Shown: positions 1 to 12,230 of the stretch, in pieces | How the letters are laid out: each line of letters starts with the position of its first letter | Position numbering within the stretch: the stretch's first letter is position 1 | DNA from: Prorocentrum cordatum | Lineage: Eukaryota | Assembly: GCA_963575745.1 (NCBI GenBank) | Contig: CAUYUJ010000284.1 | Coordinates: forward strand, 62,001-115,872 | Direction: 5' to 3' | Length of the DNA stretch: 53,872 nucleotides | Notes under the pieces: model-generated | The model's database searches: none | Told to the model about the DNA's origin: nothing | The model's input: only the letters and a program-made list of their open reading frames with translations | Made by a program: the position numbers and the translations under genes

Positions 1-25
1 CTCTTGTAGAGGGACAGGCCCGACG
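1..25 (+). mobile_element. Family A MITE, right end only
   Basis: TGTAGAGGGACAGGCCCGACG followed by TAA matches the right TIR of the other copies. Confidence 0.7.
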
Positions 26-203
26 TAAGTGTAGCCGACCGAGACCCGGGGGAAGCCCATGAGTGTGCGCCGCCCCAGGGCCCAGGATGGCCCCGAGCCA
101 GGCACGGCGGTGGTGTGCAGACGCCCTCTGCGGAGGGCCTTCTCAGACGCCTTCCGAGAGACTCCCGATTCCTTCTACGCGGCACCACTGCTGAAACCAA
201 AAG

Positions 204-401
204 TCGGCGGCGAGCGAGGGGGGGAAGTGAGAAGGAGAAGGCCTTCTGAGAAGGTTCGGAAGTCCTGCGGCCTTCTGAGAAGTTCTCTAAGCTCTTCCTG
301 AAGACACAAAAACTTCTCAGAAGGCGCGAGGGCTTCTGAGAAGTCCTTCCGCCTTCTGAGAAGGCCGTCTCCTTCTCACTCCCCCCCTCGCCCGCCTCCG
401 A
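204..401 (+). mobile_element. Family B MITE (about 200 bp, CTTCTSAGAAG-rich)
   Basis: TIR TCGGCGGCGAGCGAGGGGGGGAAGTGAGAAGG / CCTTCTCACTCCCCCCCTCGCCCGCCTCCGA. More diverged or partial copies lie at about 23122-23305 and 26405-26555. Confidence 0.8.
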
Positions 402-1002
402 AAAAAGGTACCGATACCGCTGCTCCATGGAGCTCTCCCAGGGTGCGTTCTGGCGAGAGCTTCGAAGGGAATCCAGGAGGTGGCGACAAAGGGCCTCCCA
501 TGGGGCCCACAGATGCGACCACGGAGCAGGGGCAGCGGTATCGGTGTCCTTTCCCCCTCTGAACCATGGCTTCTCAGAAGGTCGCCCCTAGAGGCCTCCT
601 AGACGGGTCGGAGTAGATGGGGTCGGAAGGTCGCGCCGCATCGCCGATACGTTCGCGATACATCGCCGATGCATCGGCGATGCATCGGCAACATCGGCGA
701 TGCATCGGCGACGCCAGCGTGGAGAGCATCGAGCTCCACATCGAGCTCCACATCGAGCCGCATCGCCGATGCATCGGCGATATGGCGCAATCCCCCGACC
801 CCCCTGGCGGCGCCTCGGGCGCCGCCCCTGGCGCGCTCCGCGCGCCAAGGAGGGAGGTCCAGCGCCGATCCGAGAAGTCCGCGCGGACCTCCGAGTTGTC
901 GTGTTAATGTGATTGCTCGTTCCCCTGCACTCGGACCCCATCTAGGAAGCCTAGAGCCCCTCCTTCCCACCAGCCTGCCTCGTGCGAGCCACCCACGCGG
1001 CC

Positions 1003-1154
1003 TCAGACGTCGAGCGGGCCCGAGCTCGCGCGCCCAGCGGCCAGGTGCCGCCGCAGGTGGTCTGGCTCCGGGGCCCGGTCCTCGAAGATCTGGTCGAACT
1101 GAGTCGGCCGCGGCGGCGGCTGCCGGGAGGCCAGAGCAGCGCACGAGCACTGAG
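1003..1154 (-). CDS. Gene A probable last exon (...RQPPPRPTQFDQIFEDRAPEPDHLRRHLAAGRASSGPLDV*)
   Basis: GC3-rich frame that repeats the PDHLR motif of exon 6 and ends at TGA (1003-1005). The acceptor is uncertain: the exon may start at 1154 or 1119. Confidence 0.6.
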
Positions 1155-2615
1155 CTGCAGACGCTCGAGGACTTCGACGGAGAAAGAGCAGCTCGGGCGG
1201 GACCCCAAAGGGGCCCTTTAGGGCCCCTTCTGGGCCCCTGCTGGCTCCACCAAAAGAGCCCTAAAGGGCCCCTGTAGGGCCCTTTAGAGCCGTGCAGTGC
1301 TGGTATGCGTCGAGGCCCATTTTGGAGGGTGAGGGGGCCGTCCGACCCGCTGTTCGTATGATTACAACAAATGCATGCTTGAACGATTTCCGAGCGAATG
1401 GAACACTATGGATCATCAATTTACTCATCATGCATGATCGTCGTCTTCGTCCTTCTTCACCTTCCTGGTTTTTTCTTCAGAAGTCTTTTGTAACGCATTT
1501 ACAAAGGATTCCTTTTGTGGCGACCTTTCAAAAGGCCTTATGTTTGGAGGATCATCTGCACCTGCCTCCACAAGTGGAAACATGTTGTAGCAGCCTGTAT
1601 AAAGGAATTCCTTTGGTGGCGGCCTTGCAAGAGGATTTTGAATATGAAATATCAATAAAGTTCTCTACGGTTAAAGCAACATGAAAAGCCACACAATCAA
1701 GTCCATATTGCAAATCCGTACAATCGAAATCAATATTAAAACCCCTCAATAAAATTAAATTTGTACATCCCCACAAACGAATTCAATTTCTTCTCAATTT
1801 ACACATTGATTTTGATTGTAATGGATTTCCAGAGGCGGCGCCGTGGGGCCGCGGAAGATTAACCAGGAAAAAATGAAAAACTGGAAAAAACATGAAAAAA
1901 ACTGCATCTCCACAGGAATAAGAAAAAACTAAGGAAAAACTGTGCCTGTCAGCGCTTTTATAGCGCAACCCATAAAAATACTAACAATCACAGGCTTCCT
2001 GCTGCTTTTTAAAATTTGATCTTGTTTTTCCCTGTGACAGCATCAGTTTTTTCATGTTGTCGTTGTTTTGATTGCGTTCCTGGTATGCTCTCGAGGCCCC
2101 ACAGCGCCGCCTCTGGAAATCCATTACAATCAATCAACGTGCACATGTATTACACATTGACTTTATGTGTGGGCATTTAAAAACTGAATTTGATTGTGGG
2201 GAATTTCACCGTGATTTCTTGTTGCAACGCCTTTACACAAAGATTCCTTTTGTGGCGACCTTACAAAAGGATTTGCACGTGTGGAGGATCTGCAGTGGCC
2301 TCCACAATTAGAATCGTGTTGTAGCAGCCTGTACACAGGAATTCCTTTTGTGGCGGCCTTGCAAAAGAGTTTCAATTGCGGGGGATCAGTACAATTCCCC
2401 ACACATGCAATCCTTTTGTGAGGTCGCTTTTGTAAAGGCGCTACAAAAAGAAATCACCGTGAAAATCCCTACAATCAAACTCAATGTGCAAATCCCCGCA
2501 ACTGAAGACACGGATGCAAGGGTACCCTCGGGAAGGTTCAACCATCCCTTTATTATCGGTTTCGACTGCGCGGTGCGTAGCAGGTCGTCCGCGCACAGAG
2601 GGCGGCGTACAATGA

Positions 2616-3033
2616 GGTCGGGCATGTCCCTCGACAGGCGGATATTCAAAGAGGATCATAAAGAATAGTCAAACAGATGCTCAAGACTCGTCAAAAACAG
2701 CCGAAACATCGTCCCCGGATGATTTGCAGGACTACTTTTAAATATTCCACCTTATGGGTGACCCAAAAGAGGGTCCAGCTGAAAGGGGGTGGTGCAATCG
2801 AATTGGGGCAATGTTTTACGAATGTACTGCGCCGGAAAACTGCATTGCATTGTATTGCAAGTAATGCATTGCACGCGAAAATCCAGCAATACTTCTGCGC
2901 CCCGGAGTGTACTGCACGCCCCAAGTGTCTTGCAACCACACACAGCTCCATTGCGCCAAGTCCATTGCACCACCCCCTTGTCGCTGGACCCCTTTGGGGT
3001 CAACCCGACATCTGCAGAGGGACCTGCCCGACT
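2616..3033 (+). mobile_element. Family A MITE with a nested TIR element (about 2756-3006)
   Basis: GGTCGGGCATGTCCCTCGACAG ... CTGCAGAGGGACCTGCCCGACT. The inner TIRs are GGGTGACCCAAAAGAGGGTCCAGC / GCTGGACCCCTTTGGGGTCAACCC. Confidence 0.75.
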
Positions 3034-3078
3034 TCGGCGCACCCCCCATTGAGCAGGGACCGACCGTCCCGGCATTCC

Positions 3079-3254
3079 TATAGTCCTACCACGAAATGTT
3101 CGTAGAACCCAAAAATGTTCTAAGAACAAAGACAACGTTCTGAGAACATCATTAACCCGATGCAATAAACCACGACAGTCTCAATCAGAAATACTCTAAG
3201 AGCATTCCGTGAAAACCACACAAGGTTCTTAGAACACTGCTCGGTAGGGCTATA
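3079..3254. mobile_element. TA/TATA-flanked MITE-like element
   Basis: TATAGTCCTACC...GTTCGTAGAACC / GGTTCTTAGAAC...GGTAGGGCTATA. Confidence 0.65.
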
Positions 3255-3435
3255 GGCGAGCCAGGACGCTTCGCCACTGCTTGACCCCAGCGAGGCGCCA
3301 GAGGGGGCCACCGCTCCAGCCGGCGGGAAGCGCCGGTGCGCCCCGGGATGCGAGGGCCCCGTGGGCCCCGCGAACTGGGCGGGCCCGTCTGCGCCGGGGG
3401 GGCGCTCGACCTCCCAGGCCCGAGCTGGATCGGAC
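3255..3435 (-). CDS. Gene A exon 7 (SDPARAWEVERPPGADGPAQFAGPTGPSHPGAHRRFPP...SWLA)
   Basis: AAG|G acceptor and GC3-rich codons. The frame runs up to the TIR element at about 3079-3254. The donor is uncertain. Confidence 0.55.
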
Positions 3436-5287
3436 CTTCTGCTGCTCCCCCATCGCACTGCTGAGGACCACGTCCCAGGAATATAGTGTCGGGCACCCAG
3501 CAGTGTCGAACGAGCAGAAGAGCCTCCCCGGGCCCGACGCGCAGAGTCCCTGCGGTTTCGGGGCTTCCTTGGCGCTCGAGATTCTTCCTGGTGATCTAGG
3601 CTGAAGCAGGTTGGAACATCAGAAAATCGAACCACGAAATCGGATCGGCTCGGAAACGGATCCGATCGCCGGCGAACCGTCCCGAGTCAAACATCGAACT
3701 GAGCTCGTCGCGCCCTGTTCCAGCAGGCCCCAGCCGATGCCAACGAGTCGAGCCGAATCGGATCGAATCAGAATCGCGGCCCCAGCCAGCGAATCGAATC
3801 GCATCGGATCGGGTCGTCGGCGGTCCTGCCTCCCACGAGGTCTCTCCGCCCGCTGCAGGCCCCGCTCCGCACCTCAGAGCCTCTCAACGCAGAAAACATC
3901 GATTTCCCTGTGCCCTTTGCAGTGAGCCGTGGATGCCCCGTTCTTCCGGGGCGTCCGCAGGATGGCCCGAAGAGAGCCCCGCAGAACGGCCCAGGGGGAG
4001 CCCCCACGACGCGCCCCGAAGCACTCAGGATCCAGCATTGGCACTACACACACCCTTGATGCCACGCCCCCTCCTACCTCCAGCAGCAGGGCGACGTCGG
4101 CGATGCATCGCCGCCGCTGGCGTGGCGCACATCGGGCTCCGCACATCGACCCGCATCGCCGATGCGCCAGCGATACGGCACGACCCTCCTGGGAGACCCG
4201 CATACAATGCACCACCCTAGTTCCCAGAGGTTTAACAAACAACAAAAGAAAGCGCTGCACAATCATTTTAATGCAAACGCAGCGACGGCCTTTCCAAAGT
4301 GATGGCCCTGGACAAACAGAGCTCGCGCTAACAAGCGAACTTCGACTTCGTAGATCCCCGGCCGCATGGTACGTCACAACCTCAGGGCCATTGCGATTCC
4401 CCAATACCGCTCCCTCCCCACTCCGGACTTTCAGGGCCGTTTTCAGCTGGCATAGGGACAAAGTGTCCAGTTACGCACAACGCACTGGTGTATATCCCAG
4501 CACTGGTGTATACCCCGCTCAGAAGAAGTAACAACGACAGGCCGAAATAATAAATGTCACGACAGGCGAAGTGTGAATATACACCAGGAGGGGAAGGGCA
4601 GGGTGCTCATACAACACAGGGACGGGCCAGCCCTGGATACACCAGATTGACGGGACAGGTCAATCGATACACCAGCCACGCCCAGAATAAACGCGCCAAT
4701 GAACTCACATCCTTGGACACATCGTCCGCCGCTGAGCTCCAACAAGGGGAACGCGCTGGCAAGGGGCCCAAAGCCCTACAACATATACATAATGAACCGA
4801 CACGCAGGCGCGCGATCGCGCTTCCGCAAACGAAAGTACCTGGTAGCATGTGTAACGGCCAGGAGGTAGGAAGCAACACGATACTAGTTCCCAGGATACT
4901 AGTTGGGAAGAAACCATGTAAAGGCCAGGAGGGAGATACCAGGAAGAAGTGTGCAGCACACCGACAAGGTAAGGGAGCTTAGCTTCTCAACCTTTTTTCG
5001 GGAAGGCAAACCGACGTGGTGCACTGCACGCGGGCCACCGACCTCCGACCCCCGCAGGCCTTCTCTGCTGGGCGTTGGAGCACCGTGCGGGGCCTGCTCA
5101 TAGAACGAGAAGACAGTACCGTGGACGGATCAGCCCTCTCTCCGACCCTGCACTGCGCCGAGCGCGAACGGCCGAGTGTTGTCCATGGACGTATCCACCC
5201 CCCATGCGTGCATAGACGTCACGGCACCCAATGTTTCCATTGGCGCTTGTGGCTAGAACGTGAGAACGGAATTGGGCACTGGCCTCA

Positions 5288-5440
5288 GGTCGGGCATGTC
5301 CTCCTGCAGGCAGATCTTGGACGAAGAAGGAAACAGAGTCGAAATGTCTCCAAAAATACCCAAGAATAGTCGACAAGCCGTCCCCATATTATTTTCTGCC
5401 TACGTTTGAACGTTCCTCCTGTAGAGGGACACGCCCGACC
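5288..5440 (+). mobile_element. Family A MITE (PIF/Harbinger-like TNA flanks)
   Basis: TIRs of about 23 bp, GGTCGGGCATGTCCTCCTGCAGG / CCTGTAGAGGGACACGCCCGACC, flanked by TCA and TAA. Confidence 0.85.
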
Positions 5441-5740
5441 TAAGACTGGTCCCTGAGATTCGTCGTCCAGCAGCTGGCAGCCTTGACCCTCCAAGTGGGG
5501 CGCTCTGCGCAGGAGACCCCAGAATCGAATCGATAAGTCGGATCGGCGATCGAAATGAATCGGATCGGCGGAAATCGGCAGCCGAGTCGGGAAAGTCGAA
5601 TCGGCGGAAATCGGCAGGCTGGTACGCGTCCAATAAGGAATCGGAACCCAAATCTGAAAACCAAGTCGAATCGAATCGGGATCGGAAGCCATCGAGACCG
5701 AATCGAATCGATGCGGAGGAATCGACAGAAGCACTGTCTT

Positions 5741-6100
5741 CGGGGGGAACGCAAGGGGGGGGGATAGCAAAGGGTAGGGTAGAGAATCAGCTCTCGCAGC
5801 TGATTATCCCGGCGCCAGCAGGCGCCCATGCATCGAGGAATGGGCCCTGCGGCGGGGCCGAAACCAGCTGCATGCAGCAGACTTCGCGACCCATGACGAT
5901 TAATAAATGACCGTGGGTCGTGTTCACGCGGCGGCGCCCGGGATGACGATTAGAAAAAACCGGCCGCGGGCTGGAAAACTATTTCTTAAATCGTTCTCCT
6001 CCAGTCAGAAACTTGTGCAGAAATACCAGAAAACTATGTTTTTAATCGTTCTCTCCCATTTTTTATTAATCGTCATCCCGCATTAATCCCCCCCTTTCCC
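5741..6100 (+). mobile_element. Family E element with a nested AT-rich TIR insert (about 5893-6076)
   Basis: An uninterrupted homologue lies at about 23464-23641. The insert is bounded by ATGACGATTAATAAA / TTTATTAATCGTCAT. Confidence 0.7.
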
Positions 6101-6107
6101 TATCGGC

Positions 6108-6314
6108 CCGATGTCTGTGGCGGCCCGCTGCACCCGTGCGCCTCTCCGCCCTCCCGGTGGCTGCGGCGAGCCCCCGAGCCCGGCCACCGCGGCGGCCGCA
6201 AACGGGTTCGTCGGCGCGGCCCACCAGGCCGACGAGTCCCCCTCCGCCTCCGCCAGGGCGCGCTCGGCGCTGCGGAAGGCGGCCCGCAGATGGTCGGGGC
6301 CAGTTCTCGTACCC
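6108..6314 (-). CDS. Gene A exon 6 (GPDHLRAAFRSAERALAEAEGDSSAWWAAPTNPF...AATDIG)
   Basis: This frame is not in the ORF track. It is GC3-rich and resembles exon 4 (LRAAVRRAELAVAE). A phase-2 GC donor at 6107 matches the phase-2 acceptor at 3435. The 5' boundary is uncertain. Confidence 0.65.
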
Positions 6315-6362
6315 CTGGCGACAACTCAGCGGGCGAAGAACGGGGAAAGAGAAACTGCTCCG

Positions 6363-6705
6363 TCACCGGGGGCGCCGTCCCCAGGGCGGCTGGAGAGTTT
6401 ATACCTTGACGTGCCACCGTAAGTAGGGCGGGCAACGAGCTCTATACACCGACGCTTTTTCCGACCCTGCGCTGAAATTCGCACAGGAACGCGGATCCTG
6501 GTGTATACGGGATCCTGGCGCATACACGTTTCGTTGCTTCCCTTGGAAAACGAAGGAGAAGTATACACCACACAACCCCGACGTCGTCCCCGACCCTCAA
6601 AAAGTCGTGGGTTTGAAAAAACAGCCCGCCACTGGTAATGTACATGTTCCAGTTTCCGAGTAAGGGTATAAACTTTCCAGCCGCCCTGGGACAGGCGCCC
6701 CCGAC
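6363..6705. mobile_element. MITE-like element with TIRs of about 40 bp
   Basis: GGGGGCGCCGTCCCCAGGGCGGCTGGAGAGTTTATACC / GGTATAAACTTTCCAGCCGCCCTGGGACAGGCGCCCCC. Confidence 0.7.
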
Positions 6706-6885
6706 AGCGAAAAAGTCAATTTTATAGCGCTGCTCGCCCGTTCAATGACGCCCGTGGCTGGCCTCGCCCACCCCGCCCCGCTGGTCGCGTCACGATTCGC
6801 GCCGGCGCCGTGTTCTGAGAAAGAGCCGTTCCCACGGGCATGTCCGCACGGCACCGGCGCGGATCGTGACGTGACTTGACTACCT

Positions 6886-8225
6886 ACCAGACCACCCCAG
6901 CCGAACCCGAAGACCCCGATTTCGGGTTGGGGGGGTACGGGCTTCATGTGTGCGTGTTTCCCATGTTTTTCGACCCCACCCCCCACTGGAAATGGAGGGC
7001 AAGTCGGGGCCCTCGGGTTGGGTTGGGGTGGTTTGGTGGGCGCTGAGACTGGCCCCCTGCCCCCGGAACACGCCCGTTGGCACCAGGAGATATGAGAACT
7101 GCCTCTCGGAAGAAGAACGAGCAGCACAGACATAAACTGTCGAAGGGCCGCGCGGATTTCTCGAACCCGCGCTGGAGACCCCCCTCCCTGGCGCGCGGAG
7201 TGCGCAGGGCGGCGCCGGAAGCGCCGCCGAGGGGGCCCCAGCGCAGATCCGCGAAATCCGCGCGGCCCTCCGATTTGGACGCCCGAAGTGGGCACGGAAA
7301 ACAAAAACGACAGCGGCCGCTTTTGGGCATGCGGCCTTCTGCTGCAGATGGACAACGTCCGCGGCGACACCGCTGGCGAGTCCTGCCCATTGTGAACCGG
7401 GAATGCCATCGGTCTTCGCACCATTGCTTCCCCTAGCGAACGTTCTCTTAATCGGCGCTTCGACATTGGGCGGAAGGGGGGGAGGGGTGGGGATCTGGCT
7501 CCGGACCTCTGCTTAATGCGACTGTTTGCAGCAGTGCGCCCTATGTGGGCGACTCCACCTGCTCGAAACGGGCGCCAAAAAACAGCCAAGATCTGCTCCC
7601 ATGGGGGGGTCAGGGGGCGCGATGCGAGGGCCCGCGCCGATCGGAAAAAACAAAGAGTAAGAAAACGACCACCAAGGCATCCCCTGAAAAGTTTATGCTT
7701 ACGCCGCACGTGTCTTCTTCGAAGCTGGTGCGCGCGCTCGAGCTCCGCCTTCTCGCCGCCCGGCACGGCGCGCTCGTCGCAGCGGGCGGCGGGCCGCAGA
7801 TGGCTGGCGGCGCGCACAGATCGGAGAAGCGCGAGGGGGGCGGCCCTTCTTTCGGGGAGACGTTGACCACCTACCAAACCACCCCAACCCAACCCGAAGA
7901 CCCGAATTTGACCCGAATTTCGGGTTGGGGGGGTAACGGGTTCCACGTGTTTTTTCGATGTTCCCCGACCCCCCCCCACTGGAAATGGAGGGCAAATCGT
8001 GGCCTTCGGGTTGGGTTGGGGTGGTTTGGTGGGCGGTGAGACGTGGGACCGGGGTTCGGGGGACTCGGGTGGTTCTGCCTGACTACCTACCAGACCACCC
8101 CAACCCAACCCGAAGACCTGAATTTCGGGTTGGGGGGGGGGGGGGCATGGGTTCCATGCGTGTTTTCTCCCTGTTCCAGGTCAAGTTGAGGCCTTCGGGT
8201 TGGGTTGGGGTGGATTGGTGGGTGG
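6886..8225 (+). mobile_element. Three family F foldback elements (about 6886-7040, 7871-8032, 8087-8222)
   Basis: TIRs CTACCARACCACCCCARCCSAACCCGAAG / CTTCGGGTTGGGTTGGGGTGGTTTGGTGG with a shared core. Gene A exon 5 lies between copies. Confidence 0.75.
7725..7803 (-). CDS. Gene A exon 5 (HLRPAARCDERAVPGGEKAELERAHQ)
   Basis: Nearly all codons are GC3 in this frame, and a CCAG| acceptor ends at 7804. The donor is uncertain. Confidence 0.6.
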
Positions 8226-8537
8226 TGAACTGACGGGGCCGTCAGGGAAATGACGAGACCCAGTCGTCACGCGAGCCCCCGCTGCAGACATCTCGGGAAA
8301 ACTGAACCGTCAGTGTCCAGGACCCGTCCATCAGAAATACTTAGGCAGACCCAAGTTATGGCGAACTCGAGTCGTACGTTTCCCCGATGCGTAAAAGGCA
8401 GCGGGAGCGTCTCAGAAGGTACGGGGCCTGCTTAGAAGCCCGCCCGGCTTCGAAAAGGCCTTCTTGGGAGCCCCCAGGCCCTTCTGAGCGGGCCCGTGCA
8501 CTCTAAGAAGCCCGCCGCAACGGGGGCTGCCTTCTTC

Positions 8538-8670
8538 TCGCCATAGCTCGGACGTCCATTCCCCGTGCATTTATCAGTTTCGTGCGCGTCGTTTTTTTTC
8601 GCAGGATGATCCTCCGGACGCTCCTCAATGATCCCAGCAAAAAAAAAACACCCGTCCGAGCGATGCCAAG
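8538..8670 (+). mobile_element. Family I MITE
   Basis: TIR CTCGCCATAGCTCGGACG / CGTCCGAGCGATGCCAAG. Homologous copies lie at about 37120-37265, 41157-41278 and 42672-42800. Confidence 0.7.
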
Positions 8671-9499
8671 TCTTAGAAGGCTTGGGGAGCTTCAGAGAAG
8701 GAACAGACCCTTCTTAGAAGCCCTCCTACGTGATGTATAAAACGATGTCTGAACGAACTCAAAATAATGTGTTTGGATGAATACCAAAAACCAAAGCCGC
8801 TGCTTATGAACCTGACAATATACATTCCTTTTCGAATATTCCTACAGCGGAACATCCCGGGTGACCCCGCCCACCCCCTACATAAATTCGGCCCTGGGCG
8901 TTCCGATCGGGAAGAAATTTGGATTTTCGGTTCCAGGCAAGACGGCCGCAGAAGCTCCCCAAACGGCACAAGACAGCCTCAAGAGGGCCCTGAGAGGCCC
9001 CAAGAAGGAGAACACAAACTTATAGGTCGAGCCTTATTCCCCAAAATGACCCCAAGAGCACCCCCGACGCCCCCGAGGCACCAACGAGGCCCAAGAGGCT
9101 CCCAAGGGGCCCCCGAGAAGCCCTCAAGAGGCCCCCAAGAAGGCCTCAAAGGCCCCCCATGATGTCCCCAAAAGCACTCCGAGAGGCCCCTGAGACGCAT
9201 CCCACGAGCCCCATCACATGCATCCAAGAAGCCCCTGAGCCACCAGATAACTTCCAAGATCGTCGCAAACACTCGTTCCTTCTGCGGGGTCAGTGGACTG
9301 GCTAAAGCCACTTGAGCGACACCATGCGAACCCCTTGCGCGAGGTCTACAAGCCATTCCGAGCTTTCTGAGCCCTACGAACCCTATGAGCTTGGGCCCCA
9401 AAGTCCCTATAAGCCATACCAGCCCTGCGAGCCCTATAAGATCTACGAACCCTCCGTTGCCCAATGGGGCCTAAGAGCCAGATGATCCCGAAGAACGTT

Positions 9500-9584
9500 G
9501 CCAGCATCATCACCATCACCATCCTCAAGGCTTCTACGTGCGTGTGAGTTCCATGTTCCCAAGGATCATCATCAGTATCATCAA

Positions 9585-9661
<77 letters not shown>

Positions 9662-9771
9662 ACAATAACAGCAGCATCAGCATCATAAACAGCAGCATCA
9701 GTATCATGATCATCATCAGCAGCATCATCAGCATCATCAGCATCATCATCAACGTCATCATCATACTCATC

Positions 9772-9802
<31 letters not shown>

Positions 9803-10045
9803 TCAGCAGCATGATCATCATCATCACTATCATCATCACCACCATCACCACCACCACCACCATCATCATCATCATCGGCAGCATCATCATCATCATCAGC
9901 AGCAGCATCATAATCAGCAGCAGCAGCATCATCATCATCATCATCAGCATCATCATGATCAGCAGCAGCATCAGCATCGTCATCATCAGCAGCATCATCA
10001 CCGCCACCACCACCACCACCGCAACCACCACCATTATCATCATAC
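9500..10045. repeat. Compound (CAT/CAG/CAC)n array
   Basis: Direct inspection. Confidence 0.95.
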
Positions 10046-10904
10046 AGCCAAAGCGCATCGCAGTACTGGCGTGTACCGGTCGCGGCGAGCCTCTCTGGCG
10101 CCACGCGATCAAGATTTGCCGATACTGGCGGTGCGCAGAGGGGGTAGGGGGAGGGGGGAAGACTTCTAGGAGAAGGCTGTTTCTTAGAAGGCGCGGGCCT
10201 CACATCTGCAGACAAGGCCTGCGCCTTCTAAGAAGCAGCCTCCTTCTGAGAAGCCTCGCCCCCTCCCCCCGTACCTTGAGGGCAACGAGAAGGGGGACTG
10301 GAAGGGGGCACCCTCCCCTGTGCCCATCCCCCCTATCGCTGCCCCTGATGCCCCCCTCTGCGCGTGGCCGAGAAGCAAAGCGAGCCGATGCTCTCTCTCA
10401 AAGGGGCCCAGTTACACACAAATGAATAGACACGAATCCCAGGATTCACCATATGTTCCCATATGTTATCGGTCTTCGTCTTCCCCCCCACTCCCCGTGC
10501 TTTCTTACATTTTCCAGGGAATCGATAACTCATTGTGTCTATGTGCTTCTTCCCCTCGTCGTCGTGTTTGTTTCCATACGGGGCCCTCGGAAGTCTCGAC
10601 CCATTCCCCTGGACCAGTTGTCCATCCTGAGTCGTTTTTCGAGGGTCCTGGGGCCCGGCGAGGTCCCCCAACCTCCGTCTTGATTCTTTCGATGCGTTGG
10701 ATTACTAGGCACTGCTACTCCCCAGACCTCTCCTGGGAAGCGTTCTGACCAGGATTTCGAGGCGAATCTAGCGGTGGCGACGAGTGCCGCACAGGAGGCC
10801 CAAAAAGGTGGTGGGGGGGAGGGAATCAACAAACCCAAAAGAAAAAAATCCTGGCGAAGGACCCAACCAAGTGCAATTGTGAATAACGCTTTGTGGGTGC
10901 CGCT

Positions 10905-11870
10905 TTCGGTGGGGCTCCATATGCGGCCACGAAAGGCGTGCCACGAAACGCTGTCCTGGGCGTACGGGACGCATGCGGGCGGTAGCACTGGGGCCTTCGG
11001 TGGAGCTCCCTATGGGGCCACGAAACGCTGTCCTGGGCCCTCGGCGACGAAACGTGTGAGGGGTGTGCCGAAATGGGTGCGGTGCCGCCATGCCAACGCA
11101 GCCACTGGGGCCCTCGGTGGAGCTCCCTACGGGGCCACGAAACGTGTGAGGGGTGTGCCGAAATGGGTGCGGTGCCGCCATGCCAACGCAGCCACTGGGG
11201 CCCTCGGTGGAGCTCCCTATGGGGCCACGAAACGTGTGAGGGGTGTGCCGAAATGGGTGCGGTGCCGCCATGCCAACGCAGCCACTGGGGCCCTCGGTGG
11301 AGCTCCCTATGGGGCCACGAACGTGTGAGGGGTGTGCCGAAATGGGCGCGGTGCCGCCATGCCAACGCAGCCACTGGGGCCCTCGGTGGAGCTCCCTATG
11401 GGGCCACGAAACGTGTGAGGGGTGTGCCGAAATGGGTGCGGTGCCGCCATGCCAACGCAGCCACTGGGGCCCTCGGTGGAGCTCCCTATGGGGCCACGAA
11501 ACGTGTGAGGGGTGTGCCGAAATGGGTGCGGTGCCGCCATGCCAACGCAGCCACTGGGGCCCTCGGTGGAGCTCCCTATGGGGCCACGAAACGTGTGAGG
11601 GGTGTGCCGAAATGGTGCGGTGCCGCCATGCCAACGCAGCCACTGGGGCCTCGGTGGAGCTCCCTATGGGGCCACGAAACGTGTGAGGGGTGTGCCGAAA
11701 TGGGTGCGGTGCCGCCATGCCAACGCAGCCACTGGGGCCCTCGGTGGAGCTCCCTATGGGGCCACGAAACGTGTGAGGGGTGTGCCGAAATGGGTGCGGT
11801 GCCGCCATGCCAACGCAGCCACTGGGGCCCTCGGTGGAGCTCCCTATGGGGCCACGAAACGTGTGAGGGG
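10905..11870. repeat. 90-bp tandem repeat, about 9 near-identical copies plus degenerate leading units
   Basis: GGGGCCACGA recurs at 11131, 11221 and 11311 and continues with this period. Confidence 0.95.
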
Positions 11871-12230
11871 TTTGCTGTGATGGTGGGAGGAGGGAGGGGG
11901 CAGAGGGAGGATGGAAGGAAAGAGTGAACGCGGGGCGCTGTCTCTTCAAAACGAGGACCCAACACCACAGGATGGTTGGGAAAAAAGGGTGGAGGGTGGC
12001 GGTATCGGTACCCTGTCCTCCTCTGAAAAATGACCTTTATCTGTGGCCGTGTTTTTTAGACGAGCGCGGTCCGCTACTCGCAAAGTAACTACTCGCAAAT
12101 GGCCTGGATCCGCCGCGGGGGATCTACGATGAATCTCATCGGAGCGAAAATCTCTGTTCTTTGCACGTGTGCGAGTAGTGGAACGCGCCTGGTGATTTTT
12201 GCTTCCCTCCCCGAGTATTGTGCGCGCCGC

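Noticed and set aside
10768..11949. 393-aa repeat ORF
   Set aside because: It is a translation of the 90-bp satellite, and single-base indels between units switch frames.
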